Of a stretch of DNA of 64,000 nt, positions 29,892-40,290 are shown piece after piece. Where the stretch lies: the NCBI GenBank assembly GCA_047974615.1, contig JBKECM010000082.1, positions 30,488 through 94,487 on the forward strand, in the 5' to 3' direction. Numbering within the stretch: position 1 is the first letter of the stretch; every line of letters starts with the position of its first letter. Origin of the DNA: Lachnospirales bacterium. GTDB lineage: Bacteria; Bacillota; Clostridia; Lachnospirales; CAMZNU01. The notes beneath the pieces are model-generated. The model was given only the letters and a program-made list of their open reading frames with translations, had not been told where the DNA came from and made no database searches. A program made the translations under genes and the position numbers.

Positions 29892-31043
29892 ATGAAAGCA
29901 TTATTGCCAAATGATATTAAAGATCAAAATAGAAAAATAATTTATGATATATTGTTGTTTAACTCTCCGATTGCAAAAATTGAAATTTCAAAAATGACAA
30001 CTATGAGTTTGGTTACTGTTGGTAAAATAATTGATTATTTTGATGAGATTGGTCTAGTAAGTGCCTCAAACGAAAGCAGAGAAGGTGCAGGTGGCTTAGG
30101 CAGAAAGCGCTTGTTATATGATTTTAATCCTAATGCATATACAAGCATAGGTATTCAATTAATCGGAAATAGTGCAAGAGCTATTTTGTTAAATTTAAAG
30201 CATGAAATTATTGATGAATATATTATTGAAGATGAAGTTTTTTTTTGGGACGAAACATTAGTAAATACTCTTATTGACGTTAAGAAATATTTTAAAACTA
30301 CAGTTGAAAAGTATAATTCAGAAATACTTGGTATAGGTATAGCTGTTGATGGAGCTATAAATACGCAAGAAGAAAAAATACGTATAAAAGTTAGTTATAT
30401 AGCTGAAAAAGAGTATAGTTATTCTAAAATAAAAGATTCACTTGAGGAAAAATTTGGAGTACCAATTTATTTGGAAAATGACGTAAATGCTTCAGCAATA
30501 TGCGAATTTTTCCAATTAAGTTTAAAAATTGAAGATTCTAACGACTTATTAGAAATTGCTTTAAATTCAGGTATTGGTTCTGGAATTATTTTAAATAAAA
30601 AATTGTACCGTGGTAATAAAAAAGGTGTTGGTGAATTAGAGTATTTATGTTTTGACTTAGACTATGTTGCTATGCCTACATCGGTGGGGTGGCTAGAAAC
30701 TAAGCTTAATATAAAATATTTAGAAAAAAGATTTGGTTTAGATTTTTTGGATTTAGATAGATCAAAAGTACGAAATATTTATGAATGTGTTGAGTATATA
30801 TCGAAATATATTGCACTAACTATATGTAATGCTGTGAGTTTATTGGATATTTCTAATATTGTATTAAGTGGACCTGTAATAAAGGCTCTATCTGATGAAA
30901 TACTTGAAAAAGTAGAATTTTTTGTATTTAAGTATACTGGTTGGAAATTAAATATATATGCCAGTAATATGGAAAATGCTAGTGCTATAGGTGCAGCTAC
31001 ATTATCTATTGAGCAAGAAATTAACAATAAATTATTCAGTTAA
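29892..31043 (+). CDS. ROK-family transcriptional regulator
   Basis: N-terminal wHTH (NRKIIYDILLFNSPIAKIEISKMTTMSLVTVGKII) plus a ROK sugar-kinase-like domain. Start at ATG 29892 behind GAGGGGAAG. Confidence 0.8.
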   Translation: MKALLPNDIKDQNRKIIYDILLFNSPIAKIEISKMTTMSLVTVGKIIDYFDEIGLVSASNESREGAGGLGRKRLLYDFNPNAYTSIGIQLIGNSARAILLNLKHEIIDEYIIEDEVFFWDETLVNTLIDVKKYFKTTVEKYNSEILGIGIAVDGAINTQEEKIRIKVSYIAEKEYSYSKIKDSLEEKFGVPIYLENDVNASAICEFFQLSLKIEDSNDLLEIALNSGIGSGIILNKKLYRGNKKGVGELEYLCFDLDYVAMPTSVGWLETKLNIKYLEKRFGLDFLDLDRSKVRNIYECVEYISKYIALTICNAVSLLDISNIVLSGPVIKALSDEILEKVEFFVFKYTGWKLNIYASNMENASAIGAATLSIEQEINNKLFS

Positions 31044-31063
31044 TAAGATTTATATTATTTTTT

Positions 31064-31098
31064 AAAAAGTTTGACTACTATGTAGTTGAGCTTTTTTT
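31064..31098 (+). terminator. Intrinsic terminator after the ROK regulator
   Basis: AGTTTGACTAC-TAT-GTAGTTGAGCT (three G-U pairs) followed by T6. Confidence 0.55.
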
Positions 31099-31225
31099 AA
31101 ATATCAAAGAATAATAGTAGACTGGAAACAATTTGTAGATACTTCTTTGTGGATTTATTAAGATAAATTTTTTAAATAATATTAATTAATTAATTAATAA
31201 AATTAATAAATATTATATATTTATC

Positions 31226-31254
31226 TTGACAGTTTTATAACGTTGACCTATACT
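31226..31254 (+). promoter_or_regulatory. Sigma-A type promoter of the ManD-type dehydratase gene
   Basis: TTGACA - 17 nt - TATACT. Confidence 0.6.
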
Positions 31255-31319
31255 TGAAGTGCTTATACTAAAATTTTTAAAATTTATATACAAAAAATTA
31301 TATTAGAGGGAGAATTATA

Positions 31320-32543
31320 ATGAGCAGACTTAAAATTACTGATGTAAAGACTATTATTACGGCACCTGAGGGTATAAATTTAGTTGTGGTTAAAATATAC
31401 ACAAATGAACAGGGACTTTATGGGTTGGGCTGTGCAACATTTACTCAAAGATACTTAGCTGTAGTTACTGCAGTCGATGAATATTTGAAACCATTCTTAA
31501 TTGGCAAAGATCCTGAAATGATTGAAGATATTTGGCAAACTGCTATGGTTAGTGGGTATTGGAGAAATGGACCTGTTTTAAATAATGCACTTTCTGGTGT
31601 AGATATGGCTTTATGGGACATTAAAGGTAAATTAGCAAATATGCCACTATATCAGTTATTTGGTGGTAAAGTTCGAGGTGGTGTTGCAGCTTACAAACAC
31701 GCTGATGGAACTTGCCTTTCTGAAGTAGAAGAAAATGTAAGAAAATGTCTTGAAGAAGGATATCTGAATGTACGTTGCCAAATGGGTACTTATGGTGGAG
31801 AAATGGGAGATAAAGCATCTAAGTCTCAAATTATTACAAAACCAATAGGTTCTTTACCCGGAGAATATTACGATCCGAAACAATATATGAGAGGTGTATA
31901 TAAACTTTTTGAACATATAAGAACAACTTTTGGTAATGAAGTTGGCTTATTACACGATGTACATGAAAGACTTTCACCAATCGATGCTGTAAATATGGCA
32001 AAAGAAATGCAACAATTTGATTTATTTTTCCTTGAAGATTTATTGCCACCAGAACAATTAGAATGGTTTAAAATGGTAAGACAACATTCAACAACACCAA
32101 TAGCTGTGGGTGAATTATTTAATAATCCCAATGAATGGATTAATTTAATCTCAAATAGATTAATTGATTATATACGTGTACACATAAGTCAAATAGGTGG
32201 AATTACGCCTACAAGGAAATTAGTTGCCCTTAGTGAAACTTTTGGTGTACGTACTGCTTGGCATGGACCGGGTGACCTTACACCTATAGGGCATGCAGTA
32301 AATGTTCATTTTTCAATATCAAGTACAAACTTTGGTATTCAAGAGTGGAATGGTTTTGAAGAACCAATATATGAAGTTTTTACGGGTTTACCAGAATTTA
32401 AAAAAGGATATATTTACCTTAATGAAAAACCGGGTATTGGTATAGATATTGATGAAAAGGCAGCTAAAAAGTATCCATGTGATAATACATTGCCAGATTG
32501 GACTTTGGCACGTTTGCCAGATGGCACGCCAACTAGACCGTAA
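31320..32543 (+). CDS. Enolase-superfamily D-mannonate dehydratase-like (ManD/RspA subgroup) enzyme
   Basis: 407 aa. MSRLKITDVKTIITAPEGINLVVVKI..GLYGLGCATF and LHDVHERL, EDLLPPE, GELF blocks typical of the ManD subgroup. Confidence 0.8.
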   Translation: MSRLKITDVKTIITAPEGINLVVVKIYTNEQGLYGLGCATFTQRYLAVVTAVDEYLKPFLIGKDPEMIEDIWQTAMVSGYWRNGPVLNNALSGVDMALWDIKGKLANMPLYQLFGGKVRGGVAAYKHADGTCLSEVEENVRKCLEEGYLNVRCQMGTYGGEMGDKASKSQIITKPIGSLPGEYYDPKQYMRGVYKLFEHIRTTFGNEVGLLHDVHERLSPIDAVNMAKEMQQFDLFFLEDLLPPEQLEWFKMVRQHSTTPIAVGELFNNPNEWINLISNRLIDYIRVHISQIGGITPTRKLVALSETFGVRTAWHGPGDLTPIGHAVNVHFSISSTNFGIQEWNGFEEPIYEVFTGLPEFKKGYIYLNEKPGIGIDIDEKAAKKYPCDNTLPDWTLARLPDGTPTRP

Positions 32544-32590
32544 TTAAGGATAGCAAAAGTAAAAATTAAAGTTTAAGAAGTTTATACTAT

Positions 32591-32651
32591 AGACTGTATC
32601 ACTATCAAGAAGTTAGGCTAAAAATTTAACTTTTTGATATTGATACAGTCT
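32591..32651 (+). terminator. Long hairpin after the dehydratase gene (terminator-like)
   Basis: 25-bp stem with two mismatches (AGACTGTATCACTATCAAGAAGTTA / TAACTTTTTGATATTGATACAGTCT), 11-nt loop, weak T tract. Confidence 0.5.
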
Positions 32652-32659
32652 TTATATAT

Positions 32660-33044
32660 AGTGTCGAAAAAGTTAACAAAGTAAAAAAATATGGGGGGTT
32701 TTGAAGAAAACGGGAAATTGCATAAAAAACAGAAAAAAATATAGTGGTATCAGTGCAAAATGCAACGTTGTGTAGTAACGAGGAGAATTTTCAATTAGAA
32801 AATGAAAATTTTTTAAGAATCTTCAAAGAAGTGCGACCTTAGGAACAAGCAAAACAACGATTTTGCGTTAAGTGAGTAAGGAAAAAGTCAAATGACCTTT
32901 CCTCAGTTATGGCTTTCGCCGTAATTTTCGGAAGATTAGCCATCACCTAAGACTACGCTTAGTGGCGAGGCTAATCTGTATGATTGAAATTATCTTATTG
33001 AGAAACTCCCAAATTAATTTTTTTCTAACCCTTTTCAGCACTTT
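32660..33044 (+). mobile_element. F2 element, long composite copy (F2-c, ~385 bp) carrying nested repeats
   Basis: The left end AGTGTCGAAAAAGTTAACAAAGTAAAAAAATAT and right end AATTAATTTTTTTCTAACCCTTTTCAGCACTTT match the two F2-a ends. Contains the mini F1 copy (32745-32773) and module X (32934-32978). Confidence 0.6.
32745..32773 (-). repeat. Miniature (ends-only) F1 copy E nested in F2-c
   Basis: TGGTATCAGTGCAAAATGCAACGTTGTGT aligns with copy D (TGGCTTCATTGCAAAAGGCAACGTTACCA) at about 21 of 29 positions. Confidence 0.55.
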
Positions 33045-33315
33045 CTTTAGTGTGGATAAACTTAATTGCTGTTTTCTTTAAAGTTATCATCTTAACGCCT
33101 TAGATTATTAGTTTAATAAATATTAAAAGTGACAATACAACTAAATTATGAAAAATTTAATAAAAACATATAAAAATAAACAAAAAATAGAAAAACAAAT
33201 AAAAATAAGAGACAAATACAATAAAAATCAATAGAGGATTTAATAAAAACATACAAAAATGTCTAATATATTACTATAAATAATTAAAAAAATGTAAAGA
33301 ATTTAAAAATAGTGA

Positions 33316-33344
33316 TTGACAAATAGGAATTTTTATAATAAAAT
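33316..33344 (+). promoter_or_regulatory. Sigma-A type promoter of the nagB-like / GH operon
   Basis: TTGACA - 17 nt - TAAAAT. An alternative TATAAT has only 12-nt spacing. Confidence 0.45.
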
Positions 33345-33357
33345 GACATTAATTAAT

Positions 33358-33377
33358 AAACTTAATTAAATAAGTTT
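33358..33377. promoter_or_regulatory. Operator-like inverted repeat between the promoter and RBS
   Basis: AAACTTA-ATTAAA-TAAGTTT. ATAAACTTAATT also occurs at ~33060. Confidence 0.3.
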
Positions 33378-33400
33378 CGATAAAGTTATAAGGAGGTAAA

Positions 33401-34138
33401 ATGTTAAAAATATTTGAAAATGAAAAAGATTTAGCTCAAGAAGTGTTTAAAGAAATGAAACAACAAATATTAACCGAGGATAGTCCTGTGTTCTCTTTAG
33501 CTTCTGGAAGTACACCTAAAAAAATATATAGTCTTTTTGCAAAAGAAAATAACAAAGATATAAACTTTGATAAACTAAAAATTGTTAGTTTAGATGAATG
33601 GATAGGAGTTACAGAAGATACAGTTGGAAGTTGTTATCAAATGTTAAATGATGATTTATTCAAAAATATTGATTTGCCAAAAGAAAATATTGTATTTTAC
33701 AAAACTGTAAACAGTGATTTGAACAAAGAGTGTGAAAGAATAGATAACTTTATAAAAAGAAATCCCATAACATTTACCTTAATGGGTGTTGGTATGAATG
33801 GTCATATAGGCCTAAATGAACCAAATGATATTATTAGGAACTACAGTAGTGTAGTTAACTTATCTGAAAAAACAAAAGAAGTTGCTGTAAAATACTTTAA
33901 TGAAGATGTAAAAATAGAAGAAGGAATAACTTTGGGTTTAGAACAAATTATTTCTGCAAAAAGAACTATAGTGATTATAACTGGTGAACACAAAAAAAAT
34001 ATTGTTAAAGAAATATTTGAAAATGGAAATGCTAATTTGCCTGCACAAGTATTGTTAGGACATAATCATATTGATTTTTACATTGATAAAGCAGCAGGTC
34101 AACTACTTGAAAATTTGAAAACAAAGGAAGTGTTATAA
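33401..34138 (+). CDS. Glucosamine-6-phosphate deaminase / 6-phosphogluconolactonase family protein
   Basis: 245 aa. LASGSTPKKIY, SLDEW, GMNGHIGLNEP blocks of the NagB/SugarP isomerase family. Confidence 0.75.
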   Translation: MLKIFENEKDLAQEVFKEMKQQILTEDSPVFSLASGSTPKKIYSLFAKENNKDINFDKLKIVSLDEWIGVTEDTVGSCYQMLNDDLFKNIDLPKENIVFYKTVNSDLNKECERIDNFIKRNPITFTLMGVGMNGHIGLNEPNDIIRNYSSVVNLSEKTKEVAVKYFNEDVKIEEGITLGLEQIISAKRTIVIITGEHKKNIVKEIFENGNANLPAQVLLGHNHIDFYIDKAAGQLLENLKTKEVL

Positions 34139-35031
34139 TGTATGAATGTTTCATTGCGATTGATGTAGGTGGGACGAATGTTAGAATAGCCTTAATCGAC
34201 AATGATCTAAAAATTATAAATAAAGTACAAATTACAGCAAGTAGTATAAAAGATAGCGATGATTTTTTACATACATTAAAAGAACAGGTCGAAAAGGTAA
34301 AAAAAGAATTTGATGTAAAAAAAATTGGTATTGTACTTCCTGCACCATATAAAAAAGGTTATACAAATATTGTAGATATTACAAATATACCTTGTATCGA
34401 AAATTTAGAATATTCTAAAATAAAAGATGTATTATCCGATTATAAAGTTTTTTTTGAAAATGATGTTAATGTTATAGCTTTATCTGAAAGCATATTTGGT
34501 GTAGGTAAAGGATATAAAAATTTAATATATATTACTTTTAGTACGGGCGTTGGTAGTGGTATTATTATTAATGGTAAAATACATAACGGTATAAATGGTT
34601 ATGCAGGTGAAATTGGTAGTATACTAATAGATTCTAATAGAGAAAATATTTTTGAAGGAAATTTTGAAAATTTATGCAGTGGTAATGCATTGACACTTAA
34701 AGCTAAAAAAATCTTTGGTGAAGATAAAACAAGTGAGTATATTTTTAGAAAATATCAAGAACAAGATGAAAAAGCAATTATTATAATTAATGAATGGATA
34801 AATTACGTTTCTTCTGGAATTGCAAATGTTATACATTTATTTGATCCTGAAATTATTGTTTTAGGTGGACCTTTGATAACTTGCAATAAATGGGTTGTAG
34901 ATTTAATTTATAGTAATACAAAAATTAAACTACTTGGAAATTTATCTAACAAAATAAAAATTGAAACAACGCAGTTTGGTTCTGATGCAGGTTTGATTGG
35001 AGCAGGTTATTATACAAAAATGAATATTTAG
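34138..35031 (+). CDS. ROK-family sugar kinase
   Basis: IAIDVGGTNVRIALI ATP-binding N-terminus, ENDVNV, GYAGEIG. No HTH. Start overlaps the previous stop. Confidence 0.8.
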   Translation: MYECFIAIDVGGTNVRIALIDNDLKIINKVQITASSIKDSDDFLHTLKEQVEKVKKEFDVKKIGIVLPAPYKKGYTNIVDITNIPCIENLEYSKIKDVLSDYKVFFENDVNVIALSESIFGVGKGYKNLIYITFSTGVGSGIIINGKIHNGINGYAGEIGSILIDSNRENIFEGNFENLCSGNALTLKAKKIFGEDKTSEYIFRKYQEQDEKAIIIINEWINYVSSGIANVIHLFDPEIIVLGGPLITCNKWVVDLIYSNTKIKLLGNLSNKIKIETTQFGSDAGLIGAGYYTKMNI

Positions 35032-35040
35032 GAGGCTATT

Positions 35041-36429
35041 ATGAAAAATATGAAAATAGCATTAATTGGTGCTGGTAGTGTTTCTTTTGCATTAGGTGCA
35101 CTTAATGATATAGTTTTATCAAAAAGATTACAAAGCGAAGTGGAATTAGAAGTTGTATTAATGGATATTGAAGAACATAATTTAAAAAGAACTTATAATT
35201 ATGCTTTGCAAATGTTTGATGATTTTAGTTGTAAGACAAAATTATTACAAACTTTAAACTTAGAAGAAGCAGTTAAAAATGCAAATTTTGTAATTACTGC
35301 TATTGAAGTTGAACGTTATCAATATTGGGCACAAGATTTTCATATTCCACGTTTATATGGTAGCAAACAAGTTTATGGCGAAAATGGTGGACCGGGTTCA
35401 ATGTTTCATACTTTAAGAAATTTAGGACCTATGCTTGAAATTGCTCAAACAATGGAAAAAGTTTGTCCTGATGCTTGGTTGCTAAATTATACTAATCCTG
35501 AAGCAAAATTGGTTGAGGCAATTTCTAAATTTACAAAAATAAAAGTTGCTGGTTTATGTCATGGTTTACAAATGGGAATAGACCAAGTTGCAGAGTTTTT
35601 ACAGATGGATAAAGAAGTGATTGCTGTTGAAAGTGGTGGGTTAAACCATTTTGGTTGGTTTACTAAAATTTGGAATAAAAATACAGGTGAAGATTTATAC
35701 CCATTGTTTAAAGTAAAAGAAAAAGAAGCTAGTGGTCTAGCACAATTTGATCATGTTGGTTTATCAAGAACAATGTTTCATCTATATGGTATGTATCCAT
35801 ATCCGGGTACAAATCACTGTGGTGAGTATGTAAGTTATGCTGATGATTTCTATGTTGGACTTTCTTTACTATATAGATATGACCCATTGAAAGATAAACC
35901 ATATAAGCATAATGATGGTAAAGATTTACAATTTGTTTATAGTGCTAGTGGTAACCAGCTAGATAAAAAGTTTTTTGATGAAAATGTTACTCAAGAAATG
36001 TGGAATGAAGAGGCATATACATATAGTAAGGAAAAAGTTTGTTGTAGTGGCGAATATGCTATACCAATTATTGAGTCAATTTATTTTGATGAAACATACT
36101 ATTTAAAGGCTGTTAATATGCAAAATAACGGTGCGATTAAAGGCTTGCCTGATGATATGGTTATAGAAACACAAGCTACAGTAGATGGTAATGGTATAAA
36201 GTTAACACAGATGACACAAGATTTACCGACGGCAATAATCGGTACAATAAATATTCAAGGTAGTATTCATAAATTGATATTGGAAGCTTATCAAGAAAAA
36301 TCTAAAAATAAGCTTTTACAAGCAATATTACTTGACCCACAAGCACCAACATATTATCAAGCAGCAGCTATGATAGACCATATGTGTGAACTTCAAAAAG
36401 ATATCTTGCCAAAATTAGAATGGAAATAG
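35041..36429 (+). CDS. Glycoside hydrolase family 4 (NAD/Mn-dependent; LplD/alpha-galacturonidase-like)
   Basis: MKIALIGAGSVSFA Rossmann N-terminus, GENGGPGS, NYTNP, GLCHG motifs. Confidence 0.85.
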   Translation: MKNMKIALIGAGSVSFALGALNDIVLSKRLQSEVELEVVLMDIEEHNLKRTYNYALQMFDDFSCKTKLLQTLNLEEAVKNANFVITAIEVERYQYWAQDFHIPRLYGSKQVYGENGGPGSMFHTLRNLGPMLEIAQTMEKVCPDAWLLNYTNPEAKLVEAISKFTKIKVAGLCHGLQMGIDQVAEFLQMDKEVIAVESGGLNHFGWFTKIWNKNTGEDLYPLFKVKEKEASGLAQFDHVGLSRTMFHLYGMYPYPGTNHCGEYVSYADDFYVGLSLLYRYDPLKDKPYKHNDGKDLQFVYSASGNQLDKKFFDENVTQEMWNEEAYTYSKEKVCCSGEYAIPIIESIYFDETYYLKAVNMQNNGAIKGLPDDMVIETQATVDGNGIKLTQMTQDLPTAIIGTINIQGSIHKLILEAYQEKSKNKLLQAILLDPQAPTYYQAAAMIDHMCELQKDILPKLEWK

Positions 36430-36439
36430 TGGTGAACAG

Positions 36440-38581
36440 ATGAAAGAAAAAGATTTACTAAATATTCTTAATAGTATGACTACTGAAGAAAAATTTGGAC
36501 AGTTAACTCAAAGTACTGCTGAACATTTTTTAAAAATGGATAATGAAGACTATAGTTCTGAAATAGTTGAAACTGGTCCAACAGGCGATTTTTTAGGACT
36601 AAATGAGGATAATATTTTTACTATAGGTAGTGTATTAGGTGTTTCAAGTGCTAAAGTTATAAACCAAGTACAAAAAAATAATTTAGAAAAAAACGCACAT
36701 GGAATACCTCTTTTGTTTATGCATGATGCTATTCATGGATACAAAACAATATTTCCTATTCCTCTTGCACTTTCTTGTAGTTGGGATAGTGAAATAATTA
36801 AGAATGTTGCAAGCTATACAGCGAAAGAACTTCGTGCTACAGGTATTCACGTAAACTTTTCACCTATGGTTGACCTTGTTCGTGATTCTCGTTGGGGTAG
36901 AGTTATGGAAGCGTTTGGTGAAGATCATAAACTTGCCGGAGATTTAGGGAAAGCTATGGTTTATGGATATCAAAAAACAGACTGTGGGAATATTTCAGAT
37001 GATGGAGTTGCAGCTTGTGTTAAGCATTTTGCTTGCTACGGTGCAGGTGAAGGCGGTGTGGATTATGCTTCAGTTGACTTGTCAATGAAAGAGTTTTATG
37101 GATATTATATTAAGCCTTATGAAATTGCTATTGAGGCTAAACCATGGTTTGTTATGAGTTCTTTTAATAGTATAAATGGTGAAGCAGTTACAGGAAGTAA
37201 ATTTATATTAAAAGATGTATTGAGAAATCAATTAAATTTTGAAGGTATTTTAATTTCTGACTGGGGAGCAGTTATTGAATTATTAAATCACGGAGTTTGT
37301 GAAAATCCTTATTGTGCAGGAGAATTAGCCTTTAATGCGGGTGTTGATATTGAAATGTGTTCAACTACTTATATGCAAAATGGTAGTAAATTTATTGAAA
37401 ACAATGAGGAACTAGAAAAGCAACTTGATGATGCAGTATTTAAAGTACTTAAACTCAAAAATGATTTAGGCTTGTTTGAAAATCCATATGTTGACGAAAA
37501 AAAAGAAAGCACTACTATACTATCAGAAGAAATTAAGGAATTTGCTAAAGTAGCGGCGATTGAATCTTGCGTTTTATTAAAAAATGATAATAGTGTTTTA
37601 CCTTTTAAAAAAGAGTTAAAGTCTGTTGTGGTTATTGGTGAGTTTGCTAAAACTAATGAGTTGTTAGGTAACTGGGCTTGTAAAGGTAGTTTTGATGATG
37701 TAACTTCTTTAGAAGTTGGTGTTAAAAACTTTCTAGGTAAAGATACTAAAGTAAGTGCATATACATCACTTGATGAATTTAACACAACAGAGGTTAAAAA
37801 TGCAGATGCTGTAATTGTTACAGTAGGTGAAAGTTGGGAACTAAGTGGTGAAGGTCACAGTAGTGCAACTATTGATTTAGGCTTTAAACAACAACAACTT
37901 GTTCAAGCTGTATCAAAACTTAATTCTAATGTAGCATGTGTTGTTTTTTCAGGAAGACCACTTGTATTAAGTTCAATAGAACCATATACTAAATCTATTT
38001 TATGGTGTTGGTATTTAGGCACTAAAACAGGTGATGCAGTTGCAGAATTATTATTTGGTAAGGAAATACCTTCTGGAAAATTAACAATGTCATTACCTAG
38101 AGTTAATGGTCAAATGCCTTTAAGATACAATCACTTAAGATCAGGTCGACCTGCTAATGAGTCAACATATAGTAGTAGATATCAAGATTGTGAAATTGGC
38201 CCGCTTTATAGATTTGGACACGGTCTAAGTTATGCAAACATAGAATATTCAAATTTTGAAATATCAGATAATAAAATTACTGAAAATTCTAATATAAATA
38301 TTTCCTTTGACATCATAAACAAAAGTGATTTTAGTTGTAAAGAAACAGCAATACTTTTTTTTGAAGACCCAGTTTCAAATATTGTTAGACCAGTTAGAGA
38401 AATGGTTAAATATGAAAAGGTTGAGTTGGAAAACTTTTCTAAGGTGAAAATTTCTTTTGAAATTTCTTTAGATGATTTAAAATACACAAATGATAAAAAT
38501 GAAAATTTAATCGAAAAAGGCAAAATAAACTTCTATTTAAATACAAATGAAAATAAAATTTTCGAAGTAGAAGTTTTATAA
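36440..38581 (+). CDS. Glycoside hydrolase family 3 (beta-glucosidase/BglX-like)
   Basis: 713 aa. KHF.CYG, ISDWGA nucleophile region, C-terminal Fn3-like domain (LKYTNDKNE..). Confidence 0.9.
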   Translation: MKEKDLLNILNSMTTEEKFGQLTQSTAEHFLKMDNEDYSSEIVETGPTGDFLGLNEDNIFTIGSVLGVSSAKVINQVQKNNLEKNAHGIPLLFMHDAIHGYKTIFPIPLALSCSWDSEIIKNVASYTAKELRATGIHVNFSPMVDLVRDSRWGRVMEAFGEDHKLAGDLGKAMVYGYQKTDCGNISDDGVAACVKHFACYGAGEGGVDYASVDLSMKEFYGYYIKPYEIAIEAKPWFVMSSFNSINGEAVTGSKFILKDVLRNQLNFEGILISDWGAVIELLNHGVCENPYCAGELAFNAGVDIEMCSTTYMQNGSKFIENNEELEKQLDDAVFKVLKLKNDLGLFENPYVDEKKESTTILSEEIKEFAKVAAIESCVLLKNDNSVLPFKKELKSVVVIGEFAKTNELLGNWACKGSFDDVTSLEVGVKNFLGKDTKVSAYTSLDEFNTTEVKNADAVIVTVGESWELSGEGHSSATIDLGFKQQQLVQAVSKLNSNVACVVFSGRPLVLSSIEPYTKSILWCWYLGTKTGDAVAELLFGKEIPSGKLTMSLPRVNGQMPLRYNHLRSGRPANESTYSSRYQDCEIGPLYRFGHGLSYANIEYSNFEISDNKITENSNINISFDIINKSDFSCKETAILFFEDPVSNIVRPVREMVKYEKVELENFSKVKISFEISLDDLKYTNDKNENLIEKGKINFYLNTNENKIFEVEVL

Positions 38582-38625
38582 ATTAGGAGTTAAAAAAATC
38601 ACACATAGAAAGAAGGTGAAAAACG

Positions 38626-40290
38626 GTGTTTGAAACTAGATTAGTTAGTTCGTTGGTTAAAATATTTCCAAATGATGAATTAAAGGCAGAATGTTTAAAT
38701 AAAACAAGTGCTTTAATGGGCGATGTGGTATATTTTCAACTTGCAGTAAAGTCCGAAGAATTAGCACATAATGTAGAAGTTACCGTTTTATCTAATATAA
38801 ATGAACATATAGAAATTGGATATGTTGGCTTAGTTCCTTCTATGTTACCAAATTATGGAGATCACGATGAGTACTTGTTAAAAACAGAAGCGGGACTCTT
38901 TCCTGATCCAATTTACCAAACAAATAAAATTTCTATGGTAAATGGGCAATGGAACAGTTTTTGGGTTACGATTAAGACTTCAGATTTGAAAGCGGATAAA
39001 TATGAAATTATTTTGAATGTTAATTATAACAATGACAAAGTTGCTGAAGAGGTTTTTACACTTAACCTTCTTAATGTGAAAGTTAGTAATTCGAGTTTAA
39101 AGCACACTGAATGGTTTTACTTTGATTGTATTGCCGATTTTCATAAGACTGAAATGTTATCTGATGAGCATTTTGAAATTATCGGAAAATATATTGATAA
39201 TTATGTTGAACATGGAATTAATATGATTTTAACGCCACTTTTTTCTCCTGCTTTAGAAATGAAAGTAAACGGGGATAGACCAACTGTTCAATTAGTCAAA
39301 ATTTTTAAAGAAAATGAAGATTATTATTATGACTTTGATTTGTTAGATAGATTTATGACAATATGTTTGGAAAAAGATATAAAATATTTTGAAATGACTC
39401 ATCTATTTTCACAATGGGGAGCAGAATATGCACCTAAAATATATGCTGAAGTAGATGGTGAACAACGAAAAATTTTTGGCTGGCATACAAGAGCTGATTC
39501 TGATGAATATAAAAATTTTTTAAAGTCTTTCTTGGAGGCTTTGCATATATTTCTTAAGAAAAAGAACCTTGAAAACATTTGCTATTTTCATATTTCAGAT
39601 GAACCTAATATGAGTAATATAGAGCACTATAAAGTTGCTAGAGATATTATAAAGGAAATAGGTTGGAATGTGCCTATATTTGACGCATTGTCTGATTTTG
39701 AATTTTATGAAAGAGGTTTAGTTGATATTCCAGTTGCATCTACTGAGCATATTTCAAAGTTTTTAAATAAGGATATTAAAAACTTATGGGCTTATTATTG
39801 TTGTTGTGAATATAAAAACGGATTATCTAACAGATTTATGAGTATGCCTAGTTTACGTACACGTATTATCGGGTTGCAACTTTATAAAGCAAAGGTTGAA
39901 GGGTTTTTGCATTGGGGCTATAATCACTGGTACGGTCACAAATGTTTAAATATGGATATTAACCCATATTTAAACACAGATGCTGATAGAGGGTTTCCTT
40001 CAGGTGATGCATTTTTAGTTTATCCTGGTAAAAGTGGACCAGTTAGCTCAATTCGACTTAAGTTACTTCATCAAGCATTTCAAGATGCTGACGCTTGTAG
40101 AACACTTGAAAATTTAGTAGGTAGAAAAGCAGTAATTGATTTGTTAGATGAAGAAATTCAAATTGATTTTGAAAATTACCCTAAAAGTGAGAAATGGCTA
40201 CTAAATTTGAGAGAGAAAATAAATTATGAGATATTTGAAAATAAACAAAAAATTAACTCTAATAATAATGTGATAGGGGTGGAAAGATGA
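38626..40290 (+). CDS. DUF4091-domain protein (glycoside-hydrolase-like, GH123-associated domain)
   Basis: 554 aa. The N-terminus MFETRLVSSLVKIFPND is typical of DUF4091 proteins. GTG start behind GAAGGTGA. Confidence 0.6.
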   Translation: MFETRLVSSLVKIFPNDELKAECLNKTSALMGDVVYFQLAVKSEELAHNVEVTVLSNINEHIEIGYVGLVPSMLPNYGDHDEYLLKTEAGLFPDPIYQTNKISMVNGQWNSFWVTIKTSDLKADKYEIILNVNYNNDKVAEEVFTLNLLNVKVSNSSLKHTEWFYFDCIADFHKTEMLSDEHFEIIGKYIDNYVEHGINMILTPLFSPALEMKVNGDRPTVQLVKIFKENEDYYYDFDLLDRFMTICLEKDIKYFEMTHLFSQWGAEYAPKIYAEVDGEQRKIFGWHTRADSDEYKNFLKSFLEALHIFLKKKNLENICYFHISDEPNMSNIEHYKVARDIIKEIGWNVPIFDALSDFEFYERGLVDIPVASTEHISKFLNKDIKNLWAYYCCCEYKNGLSNRFMSMPSLRTRIIGLQLYKAKVEGFLHWGYNHWYGHKCLNMDINPYLNTDADRGFPSGDAFLVYPGKSGPVSSIRLKLLHQAFQDADACRTLENLVGRKAVIDLLDEEIQIDFENYPKSEKWLLNLREKINYEIFENKQKINSNNNVIGVER

